Assembly (NCBI GenBank): GCA_049513715.1
Contig: JBEKVV010000003.1
Location: 288,001-352,000 of the forward strand
Source: Candidatus Bathyarchaeia archaeon
GTDB taxonomy: Archaea; Thermoproteota; Bathyarchaeia; 40CM-2-53-6
Direction of reading: 5' to 3'
DNA: 64,000 nucleotides
The position numbers and the translations under genes were made by a program. Positions 37,657 to 47,134 of the stretch are shown one piece after another. The notes below the pieces were generated by a model. The model made no database searches and was not told the DNA's origin. It saw nothing but the letters and a program-made list of their open reading frames with translations. Numbering within the stretch: position 1 is the stretch's first letter; every line of letters begins with the position of its first letter.

Positions 37657-38078
37657 GACAACGAGACCACCAACGCCAAACCGAAGAAGAATATGGATAT
37701 TATGGAATTGGTGACGTACCAGCGTGGCACCCAACGAGTTCCAAGATGGTAGCCGCCGCCCCACGAAGTCCAATCCTCAGGGTTGGGCCATGTGCCGGCG
37801 AAATGGTACCAAGCAATATCCTCGCCCAGAGGCAGGTAGGCCCACAGGCCGAAACTTTGCAGTAGGCCGCTCAGGTTCGGCTCGAACACCAAAACCATCA
37901 AGGGCAAAGCCGAGAACAGGCTCATCATTATGATGTGGTAGTTCGCGAAATGTTTGAAGAAACGCAAACGAAGGTGCTCGGCGGGTGGAATGTAACCGTG
38001 CTCAATGAAACCGTACAAGTACGCAAAAAGAACCCCCAGCAAAATTACGACGACTACACGAACGAAAGTAGGCAGCAA
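37653..38078 (-). CDS. Hypothetical membrane protein (paralog of 18194-18730)
   Basis: YG.IE, YH, ED.AWY, DWT, LG..WVP.WY. Confidence 0.7.
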   Translation of the reverse strand: MLPTFVRVVVVILLGVLFAYLYGFIEHGYIPPAEHLRLRFFKHFANYHIIMMSLFSALPLMVLVFEPNLSGLLQSFGLWAYLPLGEDIAWYHFAGTWPNPEDWTSWGGGYHLGTRWVPRWYVTNSIISIFFFGLALVVSLS

Positions 38079-38147
38079 CGTCTTCCTTCTCCTATTGAGC
38101 CCCAGAGTGCCGAAATTCCTCGATTTAATGTTGCCCTTGAGGGTCGG

Positions 38148-39218
38148 TTAGGTTTTCAAACCGATTCCGTCCACGCTGATCTTCCCCGGTTTGTGTAATT
38201 CACCTTGCACGTCGAAATTCACGCCGGTGATCATCTCGGCGACTTTTATGTTGGTTAGGGTGTGCATGGTTATTTCGGAAACTGAGATTTCGGAGCGGTC
38301 CCCCGCCACCGCCATGTATGGAATCAACATGTCACCAAGGTGGCGATCCACCGGAGCCTGAGATTGAACCTCTGCAAGCAGTTTCACCGCGGCCTCCTCG
38401 CCCACACTCTCCGCGGGTTTACCCCTTTCACCGATACTGTCGGCGCCGATTATGGATCCCGAGGAGGATTTGAGCAGGAGGGTGATTCCGCTTCCCGGTG
38501 CGAAGTGTGGATCCTGCCCCGCGGCGTATGTTTCAACCGCGATCTTAGGCTCAAGCCCCGCCATTTGCAGTTTCCTAGTCGCTGCAGAAGCCTGACGTTG
38601 GGCCACATCACTCGGAAGCCTCACACAATGGCTCACCCCCTCCACGGAAACGACCTCGCCTCGCTCAAGCAGCTTAATCGCAGTCAACATTCGCGAAGGC
38701 TCCACGCGTATGCTAACTCTACCCCCACCTTTCGGGTAGTGGCCCCTGCGGTGCACTGTGAGCGTAGCGGTGTATCCCATTAAGCGAAGCATGGGCAGGA
38801 CTACGAGTCGAATGTAGTCGATGGTGGGGCTCCAACGGACATCAGTTCCACCCGTCAAATCCAATTCAACCTGGCCCGGGACAAAAGCCGCGCAGGGCAT
38901 TAGCGCTTGGAGAATGAGTGGGATGCTCCCCGCAGTCCCAACATCAAAACTGAATCTCCCAGCCACCCGCCCCCGAGGCTTGAACACCAATTCCCGCGAA
39001 CCTAGAACGAGCCCCTCTGTCTCAGCGTTACTCACCGATGCCAGCGCCTTGACCGCGATTACGTGCTGTGCCTGCAAACCTGGATTGGGTCGATTCGCAC
39101 GAATCTTATCAATATGAACATCCTTTCCGGAAAGTGAAGCGAGCGCAACACTCGTCCGCACAATCTGACCACCGCCTTCCAGCATATTGCCCGATATCGC
39201 GATCACGACAGGCTCCAC
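38148..39218 (-). CDS. rtcA: RNA 3'-terminal phosphate cyclase
   Basis: EGGGQI.RT, IRANR.NPGL..QH, TAGS..L.LQ, GGTDV, RGHYPKGGG, D.HL.D. Confidence 0.95.
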   Translation of the reverse strand: MEPVVIAISGNMLEGGGQIVRTSVALASLSGKDVHIDKIRANRPNPGLQAQHVIAVKALASVSNAETEGLVLGSRELVFKPRGRVAGRFSFDVGTAGSIPLILQALMPCAAFVPGQVELDLTGGTDVRWSPTIDYIRLVVLPMLRLMGYTATLTVHRRGHYPKGGGRVSIRVEPSRMLTAIKLLERGEVVSVEGVSHCVRLPSDVAQRQASAATRKLQMAGLEPKIAVETYAAGQDPHFAPGSGITLLLKSSSGSIIGADSIGERGKPAESVGEEAAVKLLAEVQSQAPVDRHLGDMLIPYMAVAGDRSEISVSEITMHTLTNIKVAEMITGVNFDVQGELHKPGKISVDGIGLKT

Positions 39219-39497
39219 TCCAATTCCGAATGGTTTCGCTTAGGAGCCTAGTAACCTTACGCATCCGCGTCCGTCGCCTAAGGAAGTAATAGGTTGAATC
39301 ATCTCTCGGGAGTGTCCGGGAACTATGTATTGCATATCTTCTTGTCTGCTGAAAAGGAGTGGCGATTGTAGTTGAGATGTCCTTACTGTATGTCAAGTTT
39401 GACCTAAATACGATAATGGGATACAAAACTACCCTACAGCCTCCCACCCCACACCTAACAATAATAAAAAGGAAAAATTCCTAGGAATAGCCGGCAG

Positions 39498-39720
39498 CCG
39501 AAGGCCAAGGAACTATTTGGGTTGGTTGCCTCCACGCTGCTCAGGTGTGACGATTGCGTCACCCACCATGTCATTCGTCGCGTTGAGGAAGGAGTAACTG
39601 CCCCATAATTCTTTGACGCCTTCAATGTGGCTTTGGTGGTTGGAGACTCTCTTTCGATTACCATCCCGTACCTGCGGGGCGATGTTGAACGGCTAGGAGG
39701 ACAGAAAGAAGGCCTAGCTA
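39498..39720 (+). pseudogene. Carboxymuconolactone decarboxylase/AhpD family remnant
   Basis: KAKELFGLVASTLLRCDDCVTHH...EEGVTAP*FFDAFNVALVVG...IPYLR, with in-frame TAA at 39606 and no N-terminus. Confidence 0.7.
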
Positions 39721-39740
39721 GTTCCCTTCTCGTCCCGGTG

Positions 39741-40310
39741 TTACTTGATTAAGGATTCTAGTGGGACGAAGGTTTGTGTGTCTTTGACTTCGTTGAATTT
39801 TGCGATTCGGTTAACGATCGTGGCTATGTGTTGGGGTGGGGGGTTGATTAAGCTCTTCTCCACCTCAAGTTCCACCAACACATCCGATTTTCCGAACAGT
39901 AGGTGCGTAGCCAAGACCTCTGGAAACTCAAGAATCTTGTTCATTAGGGCTCTCTCTTTGCCTGGCTCGCTTTGAATAAAGACGAACCCCTTAGCCATCG
40001 TCCGGTCGGAAGGAGTATGAGTCCCACGGAATCGAGAATCTATTGGAATTATTGTACTAGTATCTTGTATACCTCCAGCCTTCCTCACCTTGTCAACCAC
40101 TACCTCGACTACTTTCCTTCTGGGATCCAGCTCAATTTCCTCAGACTCTAGGGCGACGAGCAGATCAAACTTGCCAGTGATTAAGTGAATCTCACGGACC
40201 TCCGGCAACGCCTTGAACTGCTCCTGAACATCTCTCTCTTTACCCGGCTCCGTCTTAACGAGCAGATAACTCCTCAAACCAGACACAATCCAATGATTCG
40301 CGTTCGTCAA
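39741..40310 (-). CDS. Tandem Lrp/AsnC ligand-binding domain protein (no HTH)
   Basis: Two repeats of EPGKER...PEV...HL..GK.D.LV.LE...DT.T..P. Confidence 0.82.
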   Translation of the reverse strand: MTNANHWIVSGLRSYLLVKTEPGKERDVQEQFKALPEVREIHLITGKFDLLVALESEEIELDPRRKVVEVVVDKVRKAGGIQDTSTIIPIDSRFRGTHTPSDRTMAKGFVFIQSEPGKERALMNKILEFPEVLATHLLFGKSDVLVELEVEKSLINPPPQHIATIVNRIAKFNEVKDTQTFVPLESLIK

Positions 40311-40603
40311 TTGGGTCCTTGGCGATATAAGGGCAGCGAGCGACGTCAGGCTCCGTGGTTTCTGAAAGTGTAGTAAGAACTACTTTTCATGCCTCTGATC
40401 TATTGGCGTCCTGTTATGCGTTGATTGTTTCTGGGCTCCAGAACTTGAAGTCAGCGCACCTCACGTTATCAGGGGCGCCAATGGCTACAGGGAATTCCAG
40501 TTCTGGTAGAATGAAGGCCCGAGCAAAACCAGCCGGGACGTCAATTGTGGTCCTTGAGTAATGCGACACTCGATGGCCTGCGTTCAAAGCGAAAAATCAT
40601 CAA

Positions 40604-42583
40604 TTACGGACTCCGGTCCTTCTGAAGTTCCGGTAGAATCCTTTCGAAGTATTCAAGGGATTCCGGATTAGTGATTGCTTCCCTATTCGCGACAGGTTTG
40701 CCATTGACTATGTTCCTAACCGCGCTCTCAACTTTCTTCATGTTGAACGTGTAAGGAACTCCCGGAGTTTCAAGGATTAAGGCGGGAACATGCCTAGGTG
40801 AAGCATTCTCTCGCAGGGCCCGCTTTATTCTAGATTTCAAATCGTCGGTTAGTCTGTAACCCGCAGCGAGTTTGACGAAAAGAATGACTCGTTGATCTCC
40901 CCTCCGGTCCTGTCCTACCACCAGGCTGTCAGCAACTTCGGGGAATTTCTCAACGATCGTGTAGATTTCGGCTGTTCCAATGCGAACTCCTGAGGGCTTT
41001 AGAACGCTGTCTGACCGCCCGAGGAAGGTGATTCCCCCAGTGTCAGTATGCATTATGATGAAATCGCCGTGTCTCCAGACGTTTTTTCCTGCGCCATGGT
41101 AGTAGTTGAAGTAGGCTTCTTTGTACCGTTGGTATTGGTCGTCGTTCCAGAAGTAAAGTGGCATTGAGGGGCAAGGGGCTTCGCAAACAAGCTCCCCTTC
41201 CTGATCAAGTACGGGGTTAGCGTACTCATCGTAGGCGCTGATCTTCATACCCAGTGTTGGTGCACTGATCTCACCCCCGTAGACGGGTAGCGTTGGGTTT
41301 CCGCAGGCAAAACCACTATTGATATCGGTACCACCTGAGATGGAATTAAAGTGCAGATCCTGCTTAATTTCCCGGTATATCCATTCAAATCCTTCCGCGG
41401 AAAGCGGCGAACCGGTTTGGGAAATCTCGCGTAGTGATACGATATCGTGATTTTTCCCAGGCTTGGCTTCAACGCTTCTGAGGTAGTTGATGTAGCTCGC
41501 GCTGCAACCGAAAATGGAAATTCTCTCGTCCTGAATCAGTTTCCACATGTTGTTCCAATCTGGATAGTTGGGGTTGCCGTCATAGAGCACTATGGTTGCG
41601 CCGACGGCTAGTGAACTGATCAGCCAATTCCACATCATCCAGCTTGGAGAGGATATGTACGTAATCCTGTCTTCTCGTCGCAGATCTGAATGAAGGGCAA
41701 CGTCTCTGAATTGGTTCAGAAGGACGCCAAAGCCTTGCACCATGCACTTTGGTTTCCCGGTTGTTCCAGAGGAAAACATAATGTAAACGGGGTGATCGAA
41801 TGGCAATTGCTCGAACGAAATATGAGACCCTGATTCTGAAGCGAGGACATCATCGTAACGCACAAACCTAGAAGAATTTTGGACCTCGGGTTTCTCTGTC
41901 AGATGTGAAACGACTACTACCTTTTCTAATGAGGGCAGTCGTTTAGCGACTTCTTCGGCATTCTGTGATGTTTTGAACGTTTTGTTTCCGTAGGTGTATC
42001 CATCAGCGGTGAACATGACCTTCGGTTGAATCTGCTCCAAACGATCTAAAACGGCACCCGGGCCAAGCTCAGCGCCGCACGAAGCCCACACAGCCCCGAG
42101 ACTCGTGGCCGCGAGCATGGCTACAACGGTTTCGATGAGATTGGGTAAGTAGGCACACACTCTATCTCCCGGGACAACTCCGATGCGACGGAGCCAACTT
42201 GCGAGGCGGGCCACGTCCTTGTGCAAAGACGAATAAGTCATTCTAGCAGTTCTCTGAGTCTCCCCTCTGAATATCAGTGCTAGTTGATCATCCTGATACT
42301 TGAGTAGGTTCTCAGCGAAGTTCAGTTTCGCACCTAGAAACCACCTTGCCCCCGGAAACTTGCTCAGGTCATCAACCACCTTGTCGTATCCCTGACTGGC
42401 TTTGACGTCTGCAAATTCCCACACTGCAGCCCAAAAATCTGGGATTCGTTCAATCGACCACTGGTACAATTGCCAATAGTCCTGAATCTGAAGACTGTAC
42501 GTCTTGTTTACGAAGTCGACGAAACGAACCATGTTTGCTTGTTTGATACGTTCCTCTGAAGGCGTCCAAAGCAATTTTCCCAC
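40604..42583 (-). CDS. Acetoacetate--CoA ligase
   Basis: LWTPS, WF.GA.LNFAENLL, FSSGTTGKPKC, WMMWNWL, SISGGTD, WRHGD, GRSD..L.P.GVRIGTAEIY, SPRHVP. Confidence 0.93.
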   Translation of the reverse strand: MGKLLWTPSEERIKQANMVRFVDFVNKTYSLQIQDYWQLYQWSIERIPDFWAAVWEFADVKASQGYDKVVDDLSKFPGARWFLGAKLNFAENLLKYQDDQLALIFRGETQRTARMTYSSLHKDVARLASWLRRIGVVPGDRVCAYLPNLIETVVAMLAATSLGAVWASCGAELGPGAVLDRLEQIQPKVMFTADGYTYGNKTFKTSQNAEEVAKRLPSLEKVVVVSHLTEKPEVQNSSRFVRYDDVLASESGSHISFEQLPFDHPVYIMFSSGTTGKPKCMVQGFGVLLNQFRDVALHSDLRREDRITYISSPSWMMWNWLISSLAVGATIVLYDGNPNYPDWNNMWKLIQDERISIFGCSASYINYLRSVEAKPGKNHDIVSLREISQTGSPLSAEGFEWIYREIKQDLHFNSISGGTDINSGFACGNPTLPVYGGEISAPTLGMKISAYDEYANPVLDQEGELVCEAPCPSMPLYFWNDDQYQRYKEAYFNYYHGAGKNVWRHGDFIIMHTDTGGITFLGRSDSVLKPSGVRIGTAEIYTIVEKFPEVADSLVVGQDRRGDQRVILFVKLAAGYRLTDDLKSRIKRALRENASPRHVPALILETPGVPYTFNMKKVESAVRNIVNGKPVANREAITNPESLEYFERILPELQKDRSP

Positions 42584-42789
42584 TGAACCTGCCTCCTCTG
42601 GAATCTGTGACGTTCCCTCACGTTTTGCTATTGCTTCGTTTCGCTCAACCTACGCTTAAAAAGCAGCAGGCTAGCGCGTCACTTCGAGAGCCGGGAGGGA
42701 CGCAAAAGAGTTTCTACGCGGCGAACCCCAATGTTTCAGGCGGTTCGCTACGACCCGAGTAACGCAGTGAACCTATCCTGAGCGTTTGG

Positions 42790-43641
42790 TCACTTGAGTG
42801 CTTTGCAGCCTATCGCGTCTCCGAAGCGAGTCTTCGGTAGAGAGGCTTTCTTCTTCATTAGTTGTTCGAAGTCTGAGTCTTCGACCACTGCAACGCATCG
42901 ACCTATGCTTGCTTCACCGTCAACGAATCTCCACGGGAAGAACCCGATGGTTGTTCGTTTGTTTAGGAACAGGTCTATGTCCCCGCCGATGCATTCTGCG
43001 TGGATTATGCCGTACGGGAACATTTCAAGGTGCATTAGCTGGTACTTGTCATCACTATAATATTCACTCAGTTTCTTTCCGAACTTCTTCTGGAAGTGCG
43101 CGTCCGCCTCCCTTGCTTGTCTAGGCATCCAATCGCGAATGATCGTATTCATTGGGTGGTCGGCGCTTCCACAATCTACCCCAATCCATTTGATCTTCTT
43201 CCGCTTTGCCCACTCGGCGAATTCCCTGTCTGGGCCAGGGTGTTTCACCATGTAGCGTACCTCGTCTGCGTTGGGTTGGTCCCAGCCGTATCGGTGGTAG
43301 CCGGTGTGGATGATTAGAATGTCACCCTCTCTGGTTTCGACCCTGTCTTCAACCATCTTCGAAGTATAAACGTCATAATCTCCTGCGGCGTCAGAGAGGT
43401 CGACAACGGCTCCGGGTCCGACTAAGAAGTCCATAGTCAAACTCGCCATGTCTTTTCCTGCAGCGTGGAAGTGAATCTCGCCATCCAAGTGGGTTCCAAC
43501 GTGGTTGGAGTGAGTCAGAAGCTGGCCGTTTGCTCCGTTCGGAGCCAAACGTTTGAAATATTTCAATTGAAGCGGCTCATAAGTTGGCCAGGCGGGTGTG
43601 GCTACTCCAAGAGGTATAGTCAGATCTACGACCTTCAACAA
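42790..43641 (-). CDS. Cyclase family metal-dependent hydrolase (kynurenine formamidase-like)
   Basis: DLT.P, H.GTHLD, GD.L..HTG, HPG, GVD..S.D, HAE. Confidence 0.88.
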   Translation of the reverse strand: MLKVVDLTIPLGVATPAWPTYEPLQLKYFKRLAPNGANGQLLTHSNHVGTHLDGEIHFHAAGKDMASLTMDFLVGPGAVVDLSDAAGDYDVYTSKMVEDRVETREGDILIIHTGYHRYGWDQPNADEVRYMVKHPGPDREFAEWAKRKKIKWIGVDCGSADHPMNTIIRDWMPRQAREADAHFQKKFGKKLSEYYSDDKYQLMHLEMFPYGIIHAECIGGDIDLFLNKRTTIGFFPWRFVDGEASIGRCVAVVEDSDFEQLMKKKASLPKTRFGDAIGCKALK

Positions 43642-43815
43642 TCACTCATCCCAACAGGGTTTCGAAGAGCCTCGTTGACAAGCCTTTCGGACACTTCCTA
43701 CCTGCGGCAATAAGATATTGCTGCTGAAAACATTCTTCCTAATTCAACTGAAATTTGCAGGACTGCTAAACGGTAACAACACTCATATTGTGACAATCTA
43801 ACCGATGACGTTTTA

Positions 43816-44553
43816 GTGAACTCTATGACCTACTACGATCCTCCGACACCACTATCCATGACTGAACATAAGCTGCGAGTTCAGGATATGGAGGCGATCC
43901 TTCGGGCCGTTGACGCACCGTATCTTGAACAGACCGCATATCCTTCGAAAGTTGTGGGTATGAAGGACGGTAGCAAAATCGTTGTTCGACAATCCACCAG
44001 AGAAGAAGCACCTGAGGTGCTGAAAGCGATCAGGCTGTACATTGATGTTAACAAAGACTTCTACGACATCGTGGCTTGGCGTACGTATGCTGAGGTTTTG
44101 GCGTGGAAGATGTACCGAATCAAAGACCACTACCTGCTGCTGGCTATACAAGACGGTAATCTAGTTGGGCTTTCAAACGCGCGCATGTGGGACAGAAATC
44201 TAGCGATTAGTCTCCACACCATGTCATTCAAACGCGGAATCGACGTTGGGCCAGCCATGTACTTTGCCAAGATTGAATATGCCCTTGACTACCTGGGCGC
44301 CAAAGAATGGTGGGCCACATTCGAAAGCTACATCGGGCTAAGAATCATGGGAACCGAATGGGCTCCCAAACAGAAACCGTTCCCCGACATGCAACATGAA
44401 CTCGGCGGCTCACGCATCTTCTACACAACCAAAGAAGACTGGGAAAACTTCACGAAAAAGAAGTACGCCCGCTACATCGGTGAGAGACCCCCACCAAAAG
44501 AACTGCTAGCCAAATCGCAGAAATTCAAGATTCCAGAAAAAGCAGACGTCTAA
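43816..44553 (+). CDS. Conserved hypothetical protein, probable GNAT-like fold
   Basis: Long clean ORF with a GNAT-like pattern (K.G..IVVR, G.LVG..., R...VG, EYA...LG). Confidence 0.6.
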   Translation: MNSMTYYDPPTPLSMTEHKLRVQDMEAILRAVDAPYLEQTAYPSKVVGMKDGSKIVVRQSTREEAPEVLKAIRLYIDVNKDFYDIVAWRTYAEVLAWKMYRIKDHYLLLAIQDGNLVGLSNARMWDRNLAISLHTMSFKRGIDVGPAMYFAKIEYALDYLGAKEWWATFESYIGLRIMGTEWAPKQKPFPDMQHELGGSRIFYTTKEDWENFTKKKYARYIGERPPPKELLAKSQKFKIPEKADV

Positions 44554-44753
44554 CCCAACCCTCGCAGCAGCCCCCTCTATGATAGTAGCGAATGCACGGC
44601 AGAATTACGGCGGAATCGTGTCATGTCTCCCTTGTGAAAGTGGCTAGATCGGTTTGTAAGTGGGTATGCAATTCAAGAATTGGATACCCTGACCGCTTCA
44701 GGTTTCTTTTCAGTCCATCTCTGATAGTGCTCGCGACCAAAGGGTGAAACCAT

Positions 44754-45641
44754 ATGAAACTTAGAGAGTGGGTGGCCTTCTGTTTTCTTGGTACGGTTTG
44801 GGGTTCTTCGTTCCTGTGGATTAAGATTGGTCTAAGCGAAATCAAACCGTTCACTCTCATAGCTTACAGTTTCCTACTTGGGGCAATTGGGTTGCTTGTA
44901 ATCATGCGTTTAACAAAACAGAGTTTTCCGCGCGACCGGAATACCTACCTAGGTTACCTATTCATGGCGGTGTTTAATGCTGCTGTCCCCTTTGCGCTGA
45001 CATCTTGGGGGGAAACAAAAATCAGTTCTGGTTTGGCTGCAATTTTGAATGCTACGGTTCCCCTATTCACGATAGTCATTGCTCATTTCTGGTTGCATGA
45101 TGAGAAAATCAACCTATCCAGAATTGCCGGATTGACAATCGGTATGTTTGGAATCATAATCTTGGTGAGTAGAGACTTCAACTCAGGAGGCGGCATGCAG
45201 GGACAGCTGGCCCTTCTCTTGGCAGCCGCAAGCTATGGTACTGCGATAACATTCTCGCGGAAACACCTTCGCGGGAAATCGCCTGTGGTAGAAGCCATGA
45301 TGATGATTCTGATGGCAGACGTCGTGCTATGGCCGCTTGCGTTTGTGGTGGAGGGACCGTTGACGGTGCCTCTTCAAATAATGACCTGGACGTCGATCAT
45401 GGTTCTGGGAGTTGTCGGCTCATCATTGGCTTACGTACTTTACTTCTACCTAATCGAGACCCGAGGTGCCGTCCGTGCGTCGCTCGTAAATTATGTTTAC
45501 CCCGTAGTAGGCCTGATTCTTGGAGTATCGCTCCTGGGAGAGGTTGCTCACTGGGAGCTAATTGTTGGTTCGCTCCTGATCGTGGTTGGAATCACGATAA
45601 TCAACACTACTGGCCGGACGCTTATTCGCAACAGGCTGTAG
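44754..45641 (+). CDS. DMT/EamA family transporter
   Basis: WGSSF..IKI, SSGLAAILNAT.P.F, Y..PV...LG...LGE; ~10 TMs. Confidence 0.92.
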   Translation: MKLREWVAFCFLGTVWGSSFLWIKIGLSEIKPFTLIAYSFLLGAIGLLVIMRLTKQSFPRDRNTYLGYLFMAVFNAAVPFALTSWGETKISSGLAAILNATVPLFTIVIAHFWLHDEKINLSRIAGLTIGMFGIIILVSRDFNSGGGMQGQLALLLAAASYGTAITFSRKHLRGKSPVVEAMMMILMADVVLWPLAFVVEGPLTVPLQIMTWTSIMVLGVVGSSLAYVLYFYLIETRGAVRASLVNYVYPVVGLILGVSLLGEVAHWELIVGSLLIVVGITIINTTGRTLIRNRL

Positions 45642-45688
45642 GGTTCTAGCGCTGGTTTTCGCAAAAGGTGAGACGAATTACCGTGGGA

Positions 45689-47011
45689 TTACGCGTATTT
45701 CTTCTCTGCTAGTTTCACAGATTCTTCAAATACGTCTATGATCTTGGTGGCTTCTTCTTCTTTCAAGGTAACGGCCGGTTTCATCTTGAGAACATTGCCG
45801 AACGAGCCGTAGGCAGGGCCAGATCTCCCGAAGATGACACCCAATTCATGTGCCTTTTCCATAACGTAGGCGGTTTCTTGGAACGCAGGTTTCTTTGTTC
45901 GTTTATTTTTCACGAACTCAACTCCAATCATCAGTCCTGGGCCGCGAACATCGCCAATCGTTTTGGTATTCTCAGCTATTTCGTTCAGACGTTTGGACAT
46001 GAATTGACCCATACGTCTCGAGTTTTCCCAGAGTCTCTCTCGTCGCATTATCTCAATCATTGCTAAGCTTGCCGCGCAGGCAACCGGGTGCCCGATTTCC
46101 GTGAATCCGTACTCCCATTGGCGAAGGTGGCTGTATTCTTCAGTCGCCATTGTTCCTGCTAGTGGAAGACCTGCCCCAAAGGATTTCCCGAGAACTAGAA
46201 GGTCAGGCGAGACTTTTTCTATTTCGGAAGCCCAAAACTCACCGCATCGGCAGAAGGCCGTTTGCACTTCATCAACAATCATTGCAACGTTATTCTCGTT
46301 GCAAATCTTCTGAAGAAGTGGCAAGTAGCCTTTTGGTGCGGGGATTTGTCCTCCGTTTGCCTGTACAGGCTCAACAAATACTCCTGCGACCTTGGAATCG
46401 GAGGCATGCTTGATCGTAGTCTCAACAAACCTGCAGCAGAATAGGTCGCATTCTGGGTAAGTAAGGCCGTAGTGGCACCTGTAGCAATAGAAGTTGGGGA
46501 TTCTAGTCTGCTTTGCCAGGTATCTTTCCAACCCCTGTTTGCATTCCTCATACATGGTAGGCTCTGTGTAGCTAAGTGGAATGGTTCCGAAGGTTCTTCC
46601 GTGAAATGCGTCGTAAAAACAAATGAATTCCTGTCCCCCAGTCTTGCGCATAGCTAGGTGCATTGCACCCTCACACGCGCCGCCTCCTGTGACTGCAAAT
46701 AGGATTTTCTTGAGTCTGCCTGGCGCGATGTCGGCGAGTTTCTTCGCCAAGAGGACACGGGGAACAGAGCCCAGAACTGGGGTCACGAATTCTACTTGGT
46801 CAAGCTGCTTTTTGGCCGCCTCAATTATCTCAGGTTGCCCGTAACCAAGGTTGAGCACCCATTCAGCTGAGATAGCATCCAAGTATTGTTTCCCTTCAGC
46901 GTCTTTGACTTTGAGCCCCTTTCCCCACACTATTGAAAACGGCTCGGAGCCCATGCATTTTATCTCGTGCTGCTTGCTGAGCTTCAGCATTTCCTTTTGA
47001 GAAATGGCCAT
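45689..47011 (-). CDS. Class III (omega) aminotransferase
   Basis: G.G..V.D..G..YLD, FHGRT, EPVQ..GG, DEVQT.F.R.G, GKS.G.G.P, VRG.GLM.GVE. Confidence 0.93.
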   Translation of the reverse strand: MAISQKEMLKLSKQHEIKCMGSEPFSIVWGKGLKVKDAEGKQYLDAISAEWVLNLGYGQPEIIEAAKKQLDQVEFVTPVLGSVPRVLLAKKLADIAPGRLKKILFAVTGGGACEGAMHLAMRKTGGQEFICFYDAFHGRTFGTIPLSYTEPTMYEECKQGLERYLAKQTRIPNFYCYRCHYGLTYPECDLFCCRFVETTIKHASDSKVAGVFVEPVQANGGQIPAPKGYLPLLQKICNENNVAMIVDEVQTAFCRCGEFWASEIEKVSPDLLVLGKSFGAGLPLAGTMATEEYSHLRQWEYGFTEIGHPVACAASLAMIEIMRRERLWENSRRMGQFMSKRLNEIAENTKTIGDVRGPGLMIGVEFVKNKRTKKPAFQETAYVMEKAHELGVIFGRSGPAYGSFGNVLKMKPAVTLKEEEATKIIDVFEESVKLAEKKYA

Positions 47012-47134
47012 TGGGACATCGGGAGAGGCATCCGAGTCCTTAGTACTTAAGAGGTGTCTGATTATTCACCATAAAATATAGCCAACAGCATACGAGACAA
47101 ATACTGACGGCAAAACATAGACACCAAGTGCACA

